Positions 40,744 through 53,164 of a DNA stretch of 64,000 nucleotides are shown in pieces. Within the stretch, counting starts at the first letter, position 1. Each line of letters starts with the position of its first letter. The position numbers and the translations under genes are program-made. The notes under the pieces were generated by a model. The model was not told the origin of the DNA and ran no database searches. It saw only the letters and a program-made list of their open reading frames with translations. The stretch spans positions 5,376,745 through 5,440,744 of the forward strand of contig MU058423.1 of NCBI GenBank assembly GCA_013265495.1, given 5' to 3'. Origin of the DNA: Vicugna vicugna. Lineage: Eukaryota.

Positions 40744-40749
40744 TACCTT

Positions 40750-41450
40750 ACTAATAGTTACTTCTTTTTATTTTGAAATAGTTTAAGCACATAAAATCAT
40801 ATGGAGAAAAAATAACAAATACTCATTTATACCAAGTAAGTTTCTCAAGCCTTAATAATTTGCTGTATTTGTCTTGGAAACTAGATAGACAGACAGACAG
40901 ACAGTCAATAGATAGATATAGGATAGAAGCAAATATGCTAATATATTTGTTTTGGCCCATTTTCTCCTTATTTATCACATTCTTTCTTTTTCTTCTTCCA
41001 ACCCCTTCCATACCTGCCAAATGTTTTCAGTTTCATGAAATTAATGTGTCTTATTCCTGCGTAGATTTTTATTTTTACTATTTACTTATAGGTATGTATA
41101 TTGTATCATTGTTTACATTTTCAGCTTTGCCAAAGGATATATAAGGAATGATATCATTTATACACTTTTTTTTCCCCTAGTCAGGCTGACTTGGCGATGT
41201 ATTCATGTTGCTCTGTGTAAGGATATATTATTTATTCATTTTTGCTGAATCTAACACAATTCATTTTTCTGTTTATTGACATTTAAAAGTTTCTTTTTTT
41301 TATTCTTACAAGGAATGCTGCAGTGAACATTTGTGGGCATGTCTGTGCATATGTGTGAACTTGTCTCAAAGTCACAGATTGGAGAGTGAAGTTGCTGTGT
41401 TAGAGGGTGTGCACATCTTCATCTGTACTGAAGTTACCCTGCAAGGTCTT
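40750..41450 (-). mobile_element. Old L1 (L1ME-type) 3' fragment
   Basis: ttttattttgaaatagtttaagcacat ... gaatgctgcagtgaacatttgtgggcatgtct ... gaagttgctgtgttagaggg. Confidence 0.65.
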
Positions 41451-41698
41451 ACTCGCTTCTCTGGCATTTGGTATTTCCCTTGCTGGTTTAGACTGCAGTT
41501 TACACTGAGTAACTTCTTGCTACCTAGTCTTTTACAGCAAATGAAATATTCATGTGATTTCAAGGAAAGTAATCAATACCTTTTTCTCCCTGTAGTATAA
41601 TTCTGCTGTTTTACTGAATTAAAATTTAGGGCATGACTTATAATTTTGTAATTCTTCTGCTTGATAAATGTAAATTAGTTAGAATGTCAGTAAAAGAA

Positions 41699-41700
<2 letters not shown>

Positions 41701-41732
<32 letters not shown>
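41701..41732. repeat. (GT)16 microsatellite
   Basis: Perfect dinucleotide run. Confidence 0.95.
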
Positions 41733-41736
<4 letters not shown>

Positions 41737-43084
41737 TTTTTTTTGTTACTATTTAGAATATCTGCCAAACAATATGAGGTTTGTTCTTCTAAAATGAAAT
41801 TTAGAAAAAATGAGTATACATTATATAATATCTTATTTTCTGAATTTTTCTTCAAGTGCTTCTGGATAAACTAATGTAACTTACTGAATTATTCTGTTAT
41901 CTTTCTTTTTTTTAATGCAAAGAACATGTAGATCTTAAATGAATCACTACTTTATATAAGGATATTAAAAATGCTCTAATCTGATCTCAGTACTTGAAAA
42001 ACAAATTTCTCTAACAGATGCTAGAAGTTCTGCTTTTATTTAAAAGGAAACAAAGTTTGGATAATGAGTGAAAAGTAACATGGGCCATAATATCAGCTTA
42101 GCCACAAAAGGATTATCATTCTAAAATACATTATTCTACATAAAAGATAGTGACGTCTAATGATAAAATAATATAAAAGAATTAACCTGCCTGTTTTGAG
42201 TCAAAACGTAGCATGGTATCAAATAACTTTATAAATACACATTTCTTTTTTCCTGACATTTTTTAAAATAAATGAGATTACTTTGGTCTTTGATGATTCA
42301 ATTGAGTAATAAATTCAAGGCCTAATTTTGTTGAAAAAACAGTACATCTTTGTATATCTACTAGCAAGTTAATTTTCTCACATTTCTTTTAAGATAGTAT
42401 GCATATGTAGTTGTCATTTCTCAGTCTTTCCCTCTTTCTCAGAAAAAGATGGTCCTTTTCTCTTCTTCAAGCATAAAAAGGATCCCAACAACTCTGTGAT
42501 CATAGTTGATTATTCGTTTTGACTCCTCCCCTTGTCTTTCATTGTTTCTATTTTTTTGTCTACCTTTTTAATGCCAATCTAAAATACATGATCAACTTTC
42601 TATCCAAAACACACATACACACACATACTTCCACTTTACTTCTCCATTTTTCTCAATCTAGCACAATGCATGCACTACTCACAACACTTGGACGACAGTG
42701 CTAACATGGAAGGCACTGATGACCCCTTCGCTGCCAAATCAGTAGACCTATAAGCTGAAATTATATATGACCTCTCTTCAGTATTTACTAGACACAATCA
42801 ACTTCTCTCTTGGCTTCCATGAGTCTTCTCTAATTACTGACAGTTTTTAGTCTCTTTCGGTGGATCTTCCATGTATGCATCCTAAATATTGGAGATATCT
42901 ATCTTTCTGCCATTAGATTTTATATTTTCTTCTGCATATTTTCCTAGGCCATATTGTCCCCTAAAATGGCATCAGCTCTTCCATAAATGCTGGTGTCATG
43001 GCTGGTCCCAAATCTGTATCTCTGGCCTCAACTGTGTCTTAGCAGCATACCCTTATTTTCAAAGCATTTTCCACTTGGATTTTG

Positions 43085-45328
43085 GTTTAGAGATACATTG
43101 CTGAATAATAAACCACTATAACACTGAGTTGCTTGGGTCAAGAAGCATTTTATTTGCTCATAAAACTGCAATTAGGGCTGAAATCAGTTGGGCAGATCTG
43201 TTGGTCTTGCCAGGGTCTGCTCCTTTTAATTTAACCAATTGGTTGATTGGCTGGATTCAGTCTGGACTCCAGGATGACTGGACCTTTCTCTTCTATTAGT
43301 CTCAGAGACCCTCCTTCTCCATGTGACTTCTTCATGTGGTGTCTTCAGCCAGTTTACCTGCATTTATCACATCATGATTCAGAGTTCCTAAAAGCCAAAG
43401 ATTCCAGCTTCTAAAGGCTTAGAAATTGAACTGACATGGCATAACTTCTCTATTGTATTCTCTTGATTAAAACAATCACAGGGTATGTATGCCCTGACTC
43501 AAGGTTAAGGGTGTACACACAAGGATGTGCATACTAAGAAGTGGAGTTCATTGGGAGTCAGCAACGTAAAAGACGTCCACAGTCTGCCTTTGCTACCTCT
43601 TGTCATAGTGCATAAAATGCACTTACCTTTTTTATTACAAAATCAGGCTCAGATTTAAGATACAGAATCTCTTCATCTGAATCAGGTCTAGATACCAATG
43701 AAGTCATCTGGGCACAATTGTTCAGGCGCAACTTTTCAAGTACAGTTCTTTTCTACCAGAAGTTCTTATATATCTTTTCTGTCTTTACCTACCTATAAAC
43801 TAATGAGATGCTGGCAACATAATAAAGGTGAAGCAGAGATAGAATAATTTAAATAGACAAGTGAATTCTAAAGAAGGGAGTGGATCACTGGCACCTGGAA
43901 ATCACTGCTCCATAGCATTGCACATTACCAATTTCTTCTGGAGGCAGGAAATGCACATCAATTAGTTCCAAGGTTTGTTCCCGGAAGTGGACTTTTTCGG
44001 TACTTGGGGATTTCTGAACCAACCTTCTGAGTTATGCTTCCTTTTCCATAAGAAAGAGCCCATGTTTGTGGGTAAGTAACTTTCTTAGTCGGCTTCCTCT
44101 TTGTAAAAGGTAGGAAGACAACTGGAGACCCAAAGGTATCTTTTCATTTTCATCTGTCTCCACACTTTTCATCTGAGCAAATGCTTCTGTGAAGACTTTG
44201 CATTCGAAAACATTTGGGATTCCCTGTGAATCATTTTGGGGTTCACTCATTAGACAGAAGATCACCCACAGATCTCTTAGGGATAAGCCCCCCTCCACTT
44301 TAGGAGTGAAGGTTCATGTAAGACACTGCCCCTGAATCTTTCTGAGGTTGCAGCGAAGGACCTTACGGTTCTGTGTTTGCATTCATCTTAAGTCAGGGTT
44401 TGATCTTTGAGACTTGCAGAAGCTTTGGGTTTCCTTTGTCAGCTGCAGAAGGTGAGGATGAAAAGCAGTGTTACTCCCCAGCCCAGACAGTTCTGGTGTA
44501 AAATGTTTTCCTCCAGAGTCTGTTTGAAAACTGAGCAGTTTCTTCTTTAATGCATCTATCTCTAAACTTACTTTATTATGCTTGGTAAAGGAAACCATTC
44601 ACAATTCTGCCTCTTAATCTTAACCAGATAAACAGGTTTACTGAGTACACTGACTGTCTTCCACGTTACTGCAGGTGACAGCTGTTGTCACAGTGTCTTC
44701 CTCTACATGTCACAAGTTACACTTTCTCCAGTTTGCGATAAAAGATTCTGCACTGAACTTCCAGCTCTCATCAATGTCTTTATAGCTTATATCCATTCTA
44801 CCCCTCCACCTTTCATGTCCAAAAACCAGTATTACATGTTTTTGTTTGCTTTTAGCGTCACCCAACTTCTAGATACCAATTTCTGCTTCAGTCAGCTACT
44901 GCTACAGAGCAAACCATTCCAAAACTTGGAGGCTTAAAACAATAAGGATCCTTTGTGTCTGTGGGAGAATACAATTCTAGGGTGGCTCACTTATTTACCA
45001 GTTGTTGTCTGGTAAATAGATACCCATTGTTGACTGAAAGCTCAGTCTTCAGTCAGAGCCTTGGTTCTCCTCCACATGGCTTTTCTGTGTTGCTGTTAGG
45101 TTTCGCACAGCAAGGTAGCTAAATTCCAAGAAGGAGAATCCAGGGTACTTTTTAAGAGAACAAACCCCTATGTGCAAGTGTTTCTCAAGCCTTCACTTGC
45201 ATCAAGTTTGTTACTGTCCTGTTGTTCAAAGCAATTCATATGAACCAACCCAAATTTAATATCAGAGACCATTACACACTGTTATAAAACTAAAAAATGT
45301 AGTTTGTTTATTTTTGGTAACCATGCCC
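43085..45328 (-). mobile_element. MaLR (MLT1) provirus: 3' LTR ~43085-43581, internal region ~43582-44883, 5' LTR ~44884-45328
   Basis: Two MLT1-like LTRs in the same orientation. A minus-strand PBS-like TGGTATCT (44871-44878) lies next to the LTR terminus, and ~1.3 kb of MLT1-int-like sequence lies between the LTRs. Confidence 0.75.
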
Positions 45329-46069
45329 AAAATAACTGTTAGGCACTGCTAAATAACCAAGCTTTTTTAAAGTAAATTTTCTCTTTCCTTTTCAACCACC
45401 TGTAGTGCCTTTTTTTCCCCTCAGAGGAAAACTTGTCAATAGCCTCAAAATTATACATTTCTCCCCCCATCCAGTTAGCCATCACAGCTATTGATTGTAC
45501 CACAGAAATGTCTCTGAACTCTGCCTTGTCCCATAATTTTGTTATTTCAGTCCAGTTATTCTTCTTGAAACAATTCTATATCCTATATTCTGTATATCTT
45601 TCCATTTAGATAAAAACTCCATAATATTTATAAAAATCTAGTGACTTTTTAGTTGCTGCTCACCATTTTTTTTTAAACTTCTTAGATCAGTTTCTCAGTG
45701 GGGTCTGATTTCTTAAAACGTCTGATGAGTCATCAGGGATATTCATTTTAAGAAACATTTCAGGTGGTGCACATGAGCATTAAAACTTGAGGACTGCTTC
45801 TTTAGACCATGTCAGGATTTTTTTTGCCTTTCCATATACTTTTCTTCTGCTTAGAATAAGCTTAGTCCATTCTACTCCTATCAATTTTTGGATGCAGTCA
45901 AAAGACATCATTATCAAATGTTGTCTGACTCATACTTGTAGCTCATACTTCTGTTACGGCACCTAGTATATTTTTATTGACTAATACAATATCAACTATA
46001 TGATTTTCACATACATTAAATAATTAAAATCCATGCACTCATCATGTGAATTTAAATTACTTTGGGCTT

Positions 46070-46440
46070 TCATTAACTCAGAGAAATCTTAGAGTGCGTG
46101 TTAAGTGCCAGGCGTTGTTCTAGATATTTTGGATACAGGAGTGTGCTAGACAGATGATGAGTCCAGCCTGATAAAATTCATTCTTTTAGGGGCATCAGGA
46201 AAAGAAGTAAGCAAAAAGTTCAATGAATAAGGTAACTTCTGATGTAAGAGTTACTAGTTCTGTGACAGGAATAAAATGGAAATGGGAGGGGCTGTGGTAA
46301 ATTAAATCTTTCAAGGCGGTCAAGGGAGGCTTCCTGGCAAAGAAAGTATTTAAAATGAGATCTTAAAGACTTGAAAGGTGAGACATAAAAGATCCCAGGT
46401 AAAGAGAGTACCAATCATGAAAATCTGAAACTAAAACTGT
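46070..46440 (-). mobile_element. L2 fragment
   Basis: gagtgcgtgttaagtgccaggcgttgttctagata ... gtcaagggaggcttcctgg. Confidence 0.75.
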
Positions 46441-46689
46441 CTCTTAGTAATTTTAGTGCAGATACTTACTTATTCACAATACTAAAAGATAAATATTAAA
46501 AACCTTAGAATATTGAATATTATTGACTAATATTACCTAGAGTATGGATTTTCACCTGCCAGATTGGTAACATCTCAGATTGGTTGGGATTCCAGTTTAC
46601 TCTAATTATTTTGGTTTTCACTAGAGGTGGTGTGAGGGGAGAAAGGTTGGTAAGATTGGAGTAATGCAATCTAATACCCATTTGCTACG

Positions 46690-47620
46690 TCTTCTGTATC
46701 CCAGGAAGTCCTGTTTTGTTGGGGCACTAATCCTCCACACTAAAAAAAGTTATTTCTCAGTTTTCCATTTCTGTCAGAACAAATTACCACAAACTTAATG
46801 GCTTAAAATAGCACACGTTTATTATCTTACAGTCATGTGGTAGTGTAGGTCTAGTGTAGGTTTCAACAGGCTAAACGCAAAATGCTGGTGCCCAGTAGCC
46901 ATTTCTAGAGGCTCTAGAGGCAAATCCACTCCCTGGCCTTGCCCAGCTTCTAGATGTCTACCACAGTCCTTGGCACATGACCGCCTCCTTCCAGCTTTAA
47001 AGTCAGCAACTGCAGGTTGCATTTTTCTCGTCTCTTTCTCTCTTTCTCTCCCCCCAGCTGGGTAGGGTTCTCAGTTTTTCAGGACTTGAGATTAGACCGG
47101 GCCCACTCTAGTAGTCAGGTTTTATCTCCTCATCTCAAAGTCTTTACTCTTAATCACGTCTGCAAAGAAGCTTTTGCCAAATAAGATAACAGATTCACAG
47201 GTTCTTGGTATGAAGATGTGGATATCCTTGGGGAGCCATTATTCTGCCTTCTACAGGCAGCCCTGCAAGATGAGTTAGTCATGTGACATGTTTTTAGTCC
47301 ATAGAACATAAAAGGAGTTACTGTGTAACACTTCAGGAAAAGTGCCTTAACAGGAAAACAGACTCAAGTTTCCTGGGTCCTTTGCTTGATTCTGTACCAT
47401 CCTGCTGCCTGAAACGTGACCAACATGAGCTAAAGCTCTGGCAGGTGCCTGAGAGCAGCCAGACAAGTGCTGCCAAAGAGAAAGCTGGGAGGGATCACTA
47501 TGCAGTCTCTAGGCTGCCTGAACTTCTTTTACGTAAAAGAAAAATAACACTGAATTTATTTAGGTTATCGCTTTATTAGACTTCTCGTAATAGCTTTAGG
47601 ACAAATCCCTAACCAATATC
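46690..47620 (+). mobile_element. Older MLT1 LTR split by the 46751-47255 insertion
   Basis: Left part cctgttttgttggggcac. Right part gcagccctgcaag...gtcatgtgac...aacttcttttacgtaaaagaaaaataac...cctaaccaata. Confidence 0.6.
46751..47255 (-). mobile_element. MLT1 (MLT1D-like) solo LTR nested in an older MLT1 LTR
   Basis: acaaattaccacaaacttaatggcttaaaa...tttattatcttacag ... ggggagccattattctgccttctaca. Confidence 0.88.
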
Positions 47621-48762
47621 CTTCATCAAAGTAAAACTGACTTGATTGTTATAAAAGGCAAAGATCTATATTGATTGCAGGATAGGTTTTCTTTTAATGA
47701 CTGAATTAGATTATCCATTCAGCAATATTATTCACTGGTGGCACACAGTGAATTGACCAGTTGAATTGACAAACCATACAAACCTAGACAAGTTATCCAG
47801 AAAGACAATGCAGAGTTGATGTTCTGTTAACAGCTTAACATTAATTAAACCAACAGTCAGGCGTCAATATAAATGTCAGTATATAAGAAAATGGATTTCA
47901 CTGCTGGAATAGTATGGTAATAAATTAGAACTGTAATTGCTTTTGAATCAGCAAATCTTTTATGCCATAAAGAAGTATTAGCATTTTAAACCTGCCGCAT
48001 AAACACCGAGTTCTATGTCTAAATTTAAAAACCATTCTATTATCATGTAAAATACCCAATTATATAAATATTAAATATTGATAAATACTAAAAGAATTAA
48101 AAGATCTCTGAGAGCTAAATATAAAATAAAAGCTAATAATATTTGTTTTAGGTTAATCAGAGCACCAGATCCTGTCTTTATTCAGTCCTGTCTAGATTAC
48201 AGCAGCCCAGACTTGTCCATTGAGTGTTTTCCTGTGGATTGTCTCCTATTTTAAAAAGAAGCAAAGTTACACAGTTGCTAGTTAAGCCAAATTATTTTCT
48301 AATGGTATTAGAGTAATTGAGATGATTGAATCTATACATCACATAGTACTTGAGCTTGTTTTTCACAGTTTCAGAGGAATAATTTTCTGCCTACTTTAGA
48401 TACGATGTCAAGTCTTAGTAGTATGTGCTCTGTGAACCATGTTTGATGAGCACAGCACTGTGTCAGTTCCGTATCTTGTATTGTTTTGCTACATTGCACA
48501 CACAGTAAATATCATCTGTCCTAAGATGCTGGGTTGGGTGCTACTATCATTTTCTTATGCATTAGTAAATAGGTGATTCAGTTTGTAGCTTATTCTGTGC
48601 ATCCATTCTTGTTTACCTCTTTTACAATTGAAATTTATGTAGTAGAAAAAGATTCTATATGATATATCTTATACACTAAGTATATTTTTTAAAAATACAT
48701 CCAATTTCGTGTTCCTGATTTAGAAAAAAAAATTGGAGGGAAAACATACAGTTTTCAATAGT

Positions 48763-49140
48763 TGTGGGTTGAATGGTGGCCCCTCCCAAAGGTATATTCC
48801 CACACTAGTCCCTAAAAATCTCTGAATGTTGCCTTATTTGGAAAAAGGGTTTGAGGACAGAAAGAAAGGAGAAAACACAGAGGCAAAGAGGAGAAGGCAC
48901 TGTGAAGAGGGAGGCAGAGATTGGAGTGAAGCATCTGAAAGCTAAGGAATGCCTAGAATAGCCACCAGTGGTGAGGAGAGAGGCAGGGCACTGACTCTTC
49001 CCTGAGGCTCTGGAGGGCATATATACCTACCAACACCTTGAGTTTGGAATTCTGGCCTCCAGAGCAATGAGAGAACAAATTTCTCTCCAAAGCCACCTGG
49101 TCTGTGTGATTTGTTACCACAGCTGCCGGAGATTAATTTA
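48763..49140 (+). mobile_element. MLT1A/C-like solo LTR
   Basis: tgtgggttgaatggtggccc...ccttatttggaaaaaggg...ggaggcagagattggagtga...ttctggcctccaga. Confidence 0.9.
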
Positions 49141-49363
49141 GCTATGATTTTCAAATAATTTTATTCCTTATTTACTACTACTCTGTTTTTCTTCTTTTTT
49201 TTTTTCAAATTAGTTTGCTGACAGTAATATTTGGTCCCTTTGACTAACTGGAAAATTGTATATAAATATTTTCTTAGATTAAAGTTGAAAGATTAAGTAT
49301 ATACTCTTTATTCTAATTCCTCTGAACTCCCACTCTAAGGATAGTAAAGTGTTTTATTTATTT

Positions 49364-51675
49364 CTACCCACAAGGACTAAGAGAATGGGAGAAAAGGTGA
49401 CAGGAAACACAATTTGGAAGCTGAGAAGCACAGCAGAAATACGTCATCCCTGACTCAGTAGCCCAGAAAAGGTTGAATCCTAAATCAACAATGGGGAAAG
49501 CTGAGAAGCAGCCTGAGAATGTCACAGCAAAATCGATCATCCCAACAGGAGATGGGAGAGAAAGTCTGTTTACAAATCTAGTGGAATCCTCCACTCCTCA
49601 CCCACTCCTGGCCCAGATCCCCTGCCCTTCTCTGGAGAGGGAGGTAACTGCCCCTTCCCTCAAATACACGTACGAACTCCAGAAGACTAGTGTTCTTGCT
49701 GAAGGAAGAACAACAGAAGTTGTCTCTACTAGAGGCACCTAAACCTCTCATAAGGGGGAGTTGCTCTACTAAAACAGGGCAGTTGAGGGAAAATGTACTT
49801 ACTAAATGCTGAAATCTGTCTCCTTCCTTCTGTTCTGGCACCCAGGAAGTTGACTAATACTATCTTAGGTAGAGGATGCAAGATTCTTTTCTGGGACTAG
49901 ACTCATCAGAAAATAAAGATCAAAAGATACTGATGTCAGTGGTTAACCATCAGATGGACCAACCAGTTCACTTCACAGTGAAACCCACAGTCAGTAAGCC
50001 AATCTTCTGCATACAATGCAGTTTCTCATGGTTACTTCTCTAATGTGAGAAGACAGCTAAATGCACCCAGACACTAAGGAAAGCATCTAGTGTGAAAGAT
50101 CAAAATGAGAACATCACAGGAAAATAAGAAATTCTAGAGGAAGCAAAACTATACAGAGAGACTGGAAATATGTATCATTAGCAACAATAACCTAAGACGT
50201 ATAAAAAATATAACCATGAAAAATTATACATAAAATTTAAGAGAATGAAGAGAAAGTAAGCATAGAATATGAAAGACATTTCAGTAATTAAAACTTAATT
50301 TTTGGCAAAAAAATGAAAATAAAATATTTATAATATTGAAAAGTAAATTTTAAAAAATCTTTTTTAAAGTAGAGAAACACATGCACACACAGAAAAAATG
50401 CAAAATGAGAGGGATAATATAGAAGGAAAAAAAACAGGAAAATGAAAGATTTAAGCCTGGAGTGTAATATCCAAATACTGTCAGTCCCAGGAAGGAAGAG
50501 AAGAAAATCACTGAATGTATAATTTGGTGTATCTCGTAAAACTGGGAAATGTGTTTCCAGATTGAAAGCATTTGTGGAGTACCCAGCACCATATTTAAAA
50601 ACAGACCAACCCCAAGGCATATCATTAGTAATTTTCAGAATTTGGGTCATATAAAATGCTAGAATATCAAAATGGAGAAGGCCACATGAAATGATCAGGA
50701 ATCAATATGTATTTGGATTTTTCGGTAGCAACACTAGCTAGGAAACAATGAAACAGTGACTTAAAATTAGCAAACGTGATTTTCAACCTAGAATTTCATA
50801 TACAACCATGTTATCAATTCAATTTAGGGTAGAATAAGAAGTACTTTCTTACATGTAAGATCTCAAAAGTTTTACCTACATAAATCCTTTCTCAGAAAGC
50901 TTATTTTGGAGATCCTCCATCAACATTTAGTAAACAAAGAGACGAAGACATAGGATTCAGAATACAATAGAGACGTTAAAGAGTTCACTGGGATGAAGTT
51001 TAAGAAAAAAATCTTGAATAGCTTTGCAAAAAAAGAAAAAAAGATATCCTTCCAAAATGAGTATTTCAGATAGTACCGGGTATCTCCAAGAAGATGACAT
51101 TGAGAAATACTTTTGTATTTTAACATATTGAAAGGAGATGTAGATAACTTGATGGAAGGAGTATTTATAGCTGAATTTATGGTAAGTACATAAAAGGCTA
51201 AGCAAATGCGAAGTTAGATAACTATTAATTTCAGGGAAATCAGTTTGCTCAAGAAAAGATAAGATGATTGAATCCTATGAGGCTAGGCTACAGACAACAT
51301 TTATATAGTCTTAATGTAAACAGTAAATAATACTATAAACAAAACAAAGTAACTACTTCCAACTTGTAGACTATAGATATTGTATTAGTGTGTGTGAGCA
51401 TGATTGTGTGATGGATTCGGTGATGCAGTGTAATATATCAGACAGACAAATGCTTACCTTCAATTGTAGGCAGTTAAAACATTTCTAGAACTGGTGGTTT
51501 TAAGAAGTATTCATATGATAATATTTAGCTGTATGGAGGCTTTAAAACAGAAGCCAATGACAAGATAAAAGAGTAGAAAGTGTTTGCATCAAAAATAGGG
51601 GGTTGTGGGGACCAGAGAGCTGTTTTTAATACTATGTGGCATTTATTTCTCTTGGAAATCAAGGAAGATAAAAAG
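49364..51675 (+). mobile_element. HAL1 (half-L1, ORF1-only) element, degraded
   Basis: ORF1-like DNA (ttccagattgaaag...ccaaggcatatcatt...gattttcaacctagaattt...cctttctcagaaagct) is followed by non-ORF2 3' sequence. Confidence 0.7.
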
Positions 51676-52069
51676 TATATAAAACAATTCTTTTAGCACA
51701 TTGGTAAATTAATAAGTGGAAAATGTTACACAAATAGAAACCACTTATTTAACAAAACTTTACTGAATGCTTAAAATTCGTTTAGGCACTGTCCTACAGC
51801 CTTAAGATACACTAAGCAAAATCTTAACAGCTCTGGGTTTTAAGGAGCTCATACTCTTTCTTACTGCTGATGAAGCTGATGTCAGAAAAAATTAAACTGG
51901 AATAAAAAGTACTACGAAAAATACGCTGTGAGTCTTACACAAAGGGAAAAGAAGGCAGAAAAGTATGGTGTTACTGCTGTTACTTCATTGTTACTAAATG
52001 GAAAATATGCTGTTACGAGAGTTTTTCCCACTCAGTAATCTAATATCTCCGTCGGTAATTAGTAAACAA

Positions 52070-52305
52070 TAAAAGCTGAGAGTTGTGGACTCTCCTTATT
52101 CCAAGCACAGTGCTCAAGATGATATATATGTACACCTCATAACCACTCTATGAATCAGACAGGATTTTTATCCATTTTACTTACGGGAAACTGATGTTTA
52201 GATAAAATTAAACAAATTGTTCATGGAAGGGTAGGTGGTAGCGGAAGAGTTAGGATCTGAAACCAAATGTATAGGCACGAAGACTGGTTTTTAAAGCACT
52301 ATGTT
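52070..52305 (-). mobile_element. MIR SINE
   Basis: cctcataaccactctatgaa...tttatccattttacttacgggaaactga. Confidence 0.8.
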
Positions 52306-53164
52306 ACAGGTCAAGTAGTATGTGTATTTCCAAACTTGAACTAATCAAAGTTACTATCACTAAGTTTTTAATTGTATTGAAAATAATTTGAAATAGCCAT
52401 ATCATTCCTATTTTTAAATAATCTATTGAGTAAGGGGTACTAGTTCCCACCAGAGAGATAAGTAGAGCTCTTGTAAATGCAAATAAAGGCTGTTTGTAAG
52501 AAACCGTAAGGAGTGCTAAAATTGACACTGGAATGTGCTGCCATAGTCGAATTGCAGCAGTTACATCTCCTGTGTACCTTCACCATCCACCAAAGCTAAA
52601 ATCACTGCTTGTTGGAAGGCAGTGTAATTTGGGGAAGAAATTACAACACTGGGAATTTGGAGTTATGAACTTTAATCTTAAGTAACTCTTAGTTGGATGT
52701 GTAAGTTTGATTTCCTCAGTTTAGTTTTGGACTCAAAACTTTGTTTAGTGAAAATACAGAGTTTTTCAGTAACTGCCTAAATACTGCTAAATATACAGAT
52801 TTTGCCAGGTTGAATCTTACTAATATGCTTCATTTGGGTTAGAAAATTGGGATATAACTGCAATGAGCACATACTTGGTAGGCAAGTTGTGGTTTACTTC
52901 AAATATGTGCCCTAATGAGACACTGAGTTTCAAAGCAAACGCATGTCTTAATTTTATCTCAGATCATTGTGCTTGTCATTTTGAACCCTGACCCTTCTAC
53001 AGTCTGTTGCCCAAGTTTTGAAAACTGAAAAGACAATTAAAAAGCTTTAAGTTTTGGCACAGTGTAAAACAAAAGGATGTTATTCTTACAATACTAATCT
53101 TTTAAATAAGATGAAAAAAAGATTCTCACTATACGTAAAATTTTGTATGACTCCATTTTTCTTC

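Noticed and set aside
44992..45018. 10-bp perfect hairpin (tatttaccag/ctggtaaata)
   Set aside because: Short, inside an LTR, and plausible by chance or local template switch.
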